From contig JBILDU010000007.1 of the NCBI GenBank assembly GCA_044352465.1, positions 1-53,729 on the forward strand: DNA of 53,729 nucleotides. The letters run 5' to 3'. The notes beneath the pieces were generated by a model. That model saw only the letters and a program-made list of their open reading frames with translations, ran no database searches and was not told the origin of the DNA. Both the position numbers and the translations under genes were made by a program. Each line of letters opens with the position of its first letter. Within the stretch, counting starts at the first letter, position 1. The stretch is from Bdellovibrionota bacterium (GTDB lineage Bacteria; Bdellovibrionota_C; UBA2361). Shown here piece after piece: positions 49,317-53,729 of this stretch.

Positions 49317-49896
49317 TTTATATCAAATCCTTTAGCGTCTCGTCACAAACTGGTCCGCGATCGCCGGAAGTATGCCGCTCCCGCCCGCCGCTCTCGGAAA
49401 AATATCCCTGACCTCCTCAACCGTCTCGTGACAAAACCGTCCTGCCTCATCGGCGGAAAAACGGAAAGTACTGAATTCGAAATAGAACTCATCGAGCTAA
49501 AAATCAAGCTCAGCAACGAGACCATCGAGCCGTTCTTGAGCGCCCGTGCTCAGCCCCCATCTCCGCTCCGAAAATAAATACCACCTCAAAAACCGCGGAT
49601 CGACCACTCAACTGAACCGTAGCACGGAGCCAACTGCTTGTTGAATGTAATGCCACCGAAGCTACTCGCTCCGGCTAAATCTTGATTTGCCAAGACGCGT
49701 AGCGCAAATCCCACGTTGCTTGATACCCAACAAAACTGGAATGAAAATTAAAAGCCAAGCGATGAGGAGTATGTTTGCTTCTAGCTGAAGTGGGACCGAC
49801 GCAAAACTATCCCTTGAGACTCCCCACGCCAACAGAAGCGAGAAGAGCAGAGAATCAAGCTTGCGCTCGCAGTCGTGAGAGTAACTTACCTCTCGT

Positions 49897-50469
49897 TCAC
49901 AGAATCGGATCGCCCTTGAAGCCCGTCGGTAAAATGATTTTTAGCTTTGCGGCCCCCGCCCGCACGTAGTCAAGGTCCAAGGTATGCCCCGCTCGAAATA
50001 TCGATTCGACATCATCTCGATCTAAAACTCGATCTTTATTCTCTTGATGCGCTAGAACCTTCGCGAGGTAGAGATCCTCTACAGTGATGGTCGGAGCTGA
50101 CACGAAGCCGTAATCAAGGAGGTTTGATTGACCACGGCGAACCGCATCATCAACCCACGGATTCGATGGCAGGAGAAAATCGACGCCCAGAAATAATTCA
50201 GCTCCACTCTCTCGACCCACGACCAGAGCTTGCTCTTTTTTCCCCGGAATGAAACCCGCCACCGGCTGATAACCGAGCTGCTTTAGTACCGATTCAGCTA
50301 CGTGTAGTGCCGTTCCAGCGCTCTGATCGGTCACCGCGATGTCGATGTCCCCCGTGAATCGGGGCAGATCCCGGTATATCGAGGCGGCGACCCCACCGCA
50401 CACGATCCATGAACCGCGGTGCGGCTCCAGGGCAACGAAGAGCTCTTTAAGCTTCTGATAGATCTTCAC
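49897..50469 (-). CDS. Nucleotidyltransferase (AbiEii/DUF6036-like)
   Basis: IVCGGVAASIY...RFTGDIDI, VDFL, EDLYLAK...DRDD. Confidence 0.8.
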   Translation of the reverse strand: MKIYQKLKELFVALEPHRGSWIVCGGVAASIYRDLPRFTGDIDIAVTDQSAGTALHVAESVLKQLGYQPVAGFIPGKKEQALVVGRESGAELFLGVDFLLPSNPWVDDAVRRGQSNLLDYGFVSAPTITVEDLYLAKVLAHQENKDRVLDRDDVESIFRAGHTLDLDYVRAGAAKLKIILPTGFKGDPIL

Positions 50470-50632
50470 GGTAACTTCGACGAGCTAGGGCGATAGCCTC
50501 TACGAATTGGTCGATAAGCTGTATTCGCGCCGGGATGTTAAGGGCGTAGGTCAGCGCCCGCTTCTCCACTTGTGCGAGCCTCAATCTTTCTCTCTCAATC
50601 GTTTCTACGACAGGTGTCTCGATTTCGGCCAT
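50447..50632 (-). CDS. Small helical protein overlapping the NTase start (possible antitoxin)
   Basis: 61 aa from MAEIETP; 23-nt overlap with the NTase gene. Confidence 0.5.
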   Translation of the reverse strand: MAEIETPVVETIERERLRLAQVEKRALTYALNIPARIQLIDQFVEAIALARRSYREDLSEA

Positions 50633-50986
50633 ACGTGATGACAATTATATCCGAGAAGCACCGCGAAGGGAATGGAATACGGGCCGCCCAAGGGTCAGAA
50701 GACACTCACGTAATTGTCCACGTGGCGGAGGAACCCCCACGAACGGCAAAGAGCGTGGCCGGGACAAAGCGATTAATTGAATGGGCTCTGGCGATGAAAT
50801 CCAGGACTACACTGGACTACGCATCGTGAGCCAGTCCCTTGAGTGCGCGTGAACGCGAAAAGAAAGCACGCCGCAAAACGGTCGGAGGATTAATGCTCAG
50901 CCCCCCATCTCTGCCACGGCCTGAGGCATAGTCCGGTTGCTGTCTCGTAACTTCTTTATGAGCTGTGAAGCAGACACCGCTGGGGG

Positions 50987-51514
50987 GTAATCGTCCCACC
51001 CACCACCGTTCTTCACGCGCCCCACATGCGAGAAGTCCCTCCGATAGCTTTAAAGGAGGAATATGGGCGAGGAACGAAGGAACAGATTAATCCCTGACCG
51101 GGGCAGCGAGCGCTGCTTACCCGGCACCGTACCGAGCGGCGAGACGCAGCGCGCCTTTTGCGAGAGCGCCGGCATCTCGGTCTCAACCCTCCGATACTGG
51201 CTTCAACAGGAACGCCTTACCGGAGCGTTTTGAGAGGTCACCCCACCCACCCGGACAAAAACGCCCCTCGAGTTCGTGTTCCCGGACGGTACGGCTCTTT
51301 GAGTACGGAGCGAGTGATGTGGTGGCGGGGAGAACCGAAGAAGATATTTGCGTACGGTGGGTCGATCGATATGCGGTGCTCGTTTGATGGACTGGTAGTG
51401 GCACTGATAGCTCATCTGGGAGCCGATCCGTTGACGGGTGATTTTAACGTCTTTGTGAACCGCCGCCGCTCACTTCTCAAGGGAGTATTCTGGGATCGAA
51501 TAATACCTTCATAA
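50987..51514 (+). mobile_element. IS66 family remnant (left end, broken tnpA, truncated tnpB, no tnpC)
   Basis: GTAATCGTCC end-like sequence at 50987. tnpA from ATG 51063 (SGETQRAFCESAGISVSTLRYW...LEFVFPDG) has in-frame TGA at 51231 and 51300. tnpB 51317-51514 reads IDMRCSFDGL...DP...FVNRRR..LK..FWD and then stops. Confidence 0.85.
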
Positions 51515-51709
51515 CGGGGCTGGGGTGGAGATCCTTTGACTTAAGGGGCGAGAGCGATGTTTGAGGGTGGAAATCCACGGGGTGAGCGCGAAGGAGAACG
51601 CTCTCAATCCGAACCCGATGCCGGTTCACAGCCGAGAGATATCTCGCCACGAGCCCTCACAAACCAGTAAGCCCCGAATCCCTCGGAGTACCTCGAACCG
51701 TTTCGCTCA

Positions 51710-52654
51710 ATGGCAGCCCCTTCCAGTCATCGGGCTTCAACTGCACTCGAGGAACCGCCCGGCGAGGCCTCCAATCGCGCCAGACCGACGGCGACTTGGT
51801 CGTACCGTTGGCTGAGTCTCGGCTCCACCGCCGGCACCGCCGCTGGACTCGGAATCGCCGCGGGAGCAACATGGTTTTCGACCTCCGTCCTGCACGCCAC
51901 AAGCCCAACATGGGTACTCGTCGGCGTCCTCGCCTATGCCGCAGCGAACGGCGCGGTCCCCTTTTTCAAGGGTCTATTAGGGAATCGAGCCCTCACCGAA
52001 CACTACGAATATTCCTCCGACCATACGAGGCATCGGGTCAAGGAAACCACTGACCTACTTTGCCGCGAGGCTGTGTGCCAAATCCCAACGGTGGTAGCCT
52101 CCTCTCGGATCCAGAATATGGCGATGTTCGATGGACCGAAGGGAGCGAACGTCCTTCTCTACAACCCAAATTTCGTCGAAAGGCTTACCAACCGAGAGCT
52201 TCAAGGTATCATCGCTCACGAGCTCTCTCACGCGGACAGGTTTAGCACTGGGGCTCGGATACTGCTGGGGAGCGCTGGCGCGATCGCCCATGTCACCACC
52301 CTCGCTGCTACACTTTCATACTGTCTTGCGGCGGGAGATGGGACTTTGCTCTCCGCAGCGCTCGCCGTCGCTGGAGCAAAGGTCTTACGAGTGGCGATGC
52401 ACGGGTGTAAAAATATCGCTTCCCGCGCCGAAGAGATTAGGACAGACATCCGCGCCGTGGAATTGACGGGCGATATGGGAAGCCTGCTTTCTAGTTTACG
52501 AACCGCTTACGACTAAACGTATACCACCCTGAAGCTTCCTCCTCTCCTAAGAAATCTTTAATTTCTCTCAAGCCATCCCTCGCTCGATATGCGCGAGCGG
52601 TGGATACGAAGGCCGTGTGGAAACCAACGGGCCGCTTCTCGCGAAGATCCTTGA
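51710..52654 (+). pseudogene. M48/HtpX-like zinc metalloprotease interrupted by two in-frame TAA codons
   Basis: ELQGIIAHELSH and EEIRTD motifs; TAA at 52514 and 52559, after which the same frame gives FLSSHPSLDMRERWI, the M48 C-terminal HP...R motif. Confidence 0.75.
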
Positions 52655-52989
52655 CGCTCGGACGCGGGTCAGGTCCCATACGCAGCGGAATTGGTGCACT
52701 CTGTCGACCGATTCAATCAAGGACCCGGGCAAACTAAGCCGACTCAGTCGTCGGCATCGGAAGGGCCTTCTATCCCGCAATAACCGTTGGTGATTTATCG
52801 GTGGGACCGCATGTTGGCCTTGAAAGCCCCCCGGCAAGAAGAGCATTCTGCCTCGCTCGGCTGTAGCGTTAGTGGAGATTCGTTGCACTGAGGGATATAT
52901 CTGTCTATTTCTGGCTCGTTCCGTCCGGTCAGAGTCGGGATATGCTCCATCCTATTGAACCGGCTTCTCCGTCGTCTTATTATCCCCTT

Positions 52990-53729
52990 ATGAAACTCAT
53001 TAACCCCGAGCACTTCGTTCAGAGCGTCGCAGACGCCCTTCAGTACATCTCGTACTACCACCCGATCGACTTTATTCAGGCGATGCACAAAGCGTATCTC
53101 GCTGAAGAGTCGAAGAGTGCCAAGGACGCCATCGCACAGATCTTGGTTAACTCTCGGATGTCAGCGGAGGGACACCGCCCGCTCTGCCAAGACACCGGTA
53201 TCGTGGTGGGGTTTGTAAAGCTCGGCGCTGAGTGCCACATCGATTCGAAGATCCCCCTGCAAGAGCTCTTTGATGAAGGCATTCGGCGCGCGTACAAAAA
53301 CGTGGATAATCCGCTCCGCGCCTCAATCGTCACCGACCCAGCGGGGAAACGGAAAAACACCAAAGACAATACACCGGGTGTTCTCCACATCGAGATAGTG
53401 CCGGGAGACAAAATCGAGGTCTCGGTCGCGGCGAAAGGTGGCGGCTCCGAGAACAAATCGAAGCTTGAGATGCTTAACCCAAACGACGATATCGTCGCCT
53501 GGGTGCTTGAAACGGTACCCCACATGGGAGCGGGGTGGTGCCCACCCGGAGTCTTAGGAATCGGCATCGGCGGCTCGGCTGAAAAGGCGATGATCCTTGC
53601 GAAAGAATCGCTCATGGCGCCGGTCGATATCCACGAGCTTAAAGCGCGTGGGGCCAAGACTCGGGCTGAGGAGCTTCGCCTTGAGCTTTTTGAGAAGGTG
53701 AATCAACTGGGGATCGGGGCGCAGGGTCT
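52990..53729 (+). CDS. Class I (Fe-S) fumarate hydratase, 5' part
   Basis: Not in the ORF track; MKLINPEHFVQSVADALQYISYYHP...RPLCQDTG...NTKDNTP...AKGGGSENKS...GAGWCPPG...LGIGAQG. Confidence 0.94.
   Translation, partial: MKLINPEHFVQSVADALQYISYYHPIDFIQAMHKAYLAEESKSAKDAIAQILVNSRMSAEGHRPLCQDTGIVVGFVKLGAECHIDSKIPLQELFDEGIRRAYKNVDNPLRASIVTDPAGKRKNTKDNTPGVLHIEIVPGDKIEVSVAAKGGGSENKSKLEMLNPNDDIVAWVLETVPHMGAGWCPPGVLGIGIGGSAEKAMILAKESLMAPVDIHELKARGAKTRAEELRLELFEKVNQLGIGAQG

Noticed and set aside
52494..52510. IS66 right end (…CCGCTTAC) making the M48 gene a passenger
   Set aside because: The match to the left end is weak beyond GTAA.CG, it lies inside the M48 frame, and no target duplication was seen.
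51063..52654. Stop-codon reassignment or programmed readthrough
   Set aside because: TAA and TGA end conserved genes normally elsewhere in the window (recA, lexA, ATGA overlaps); pseudogenisation is simpler.
53076..53657. 193-aa minus-strand ORF
   Set aside because: Antisense shadow of the fumarate hydratase gene.
1..53729. tRNA, rRNA or known riboswitch
   Set aside because: None recognised by eye in the intergenic regions; a tRNAscan/Infernal run is needed to exclude them.

Overview
Bacterial chromosomal window of moderately high GC. The gene style looks deltaproteobacterial or Bdellovibrionota-like, which is an inference only. Left end (1-6.8 kb): an uncharacterised redox and signalling cluster made of an FHA-multiheme cytochrome c (missing from the ORF track), a His-containing membrane protein, a flavin/2x cNMP-binding/4x[4Fe-4S] fusion, a divergent c554-like multiheme cytochrome and an HD hydrolase. 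Next come two paralogous small secreted proteins, Tad/Flp minor pilins (TadG-vWA, two TadE, Flp), hlyC/corC, DUF374, an M23 peptidase and sufBCD with an IscR-like operator. These are followed by a heterodimeric ABC exporter, proC, yggX, an orphan ECF sigma factor, and a RAPP-motif leader ORF in front of a His-rich outer-membrane transporter. The core run continues with lexA-recA, a degenerate MBL-fold protein, an EEP nuclease, a ruvC-like gene, pdhAB, a gamma-carbonic anhydrase, a GH17 glucan enzyme and a second Flp-like pilin. From about 41.3 to 52.7 kb is a sparse accessory region. It holds a tyrosine-recombinase-derived protein without an active site, a Clp D2-only AAA+ ATPase, a peptidoglycan-binding GH24 lysozyme, a small ORF/nucleotidyltransferase pair, an IS66 remnant and an M48 peptidase pseudogene. 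The window ends inside a class I fumarate hydratase (also missing from the ORF track). No rRNA, tRNA or CRISPR array was recognised. All calls are by eye from motifs; no database search was run.
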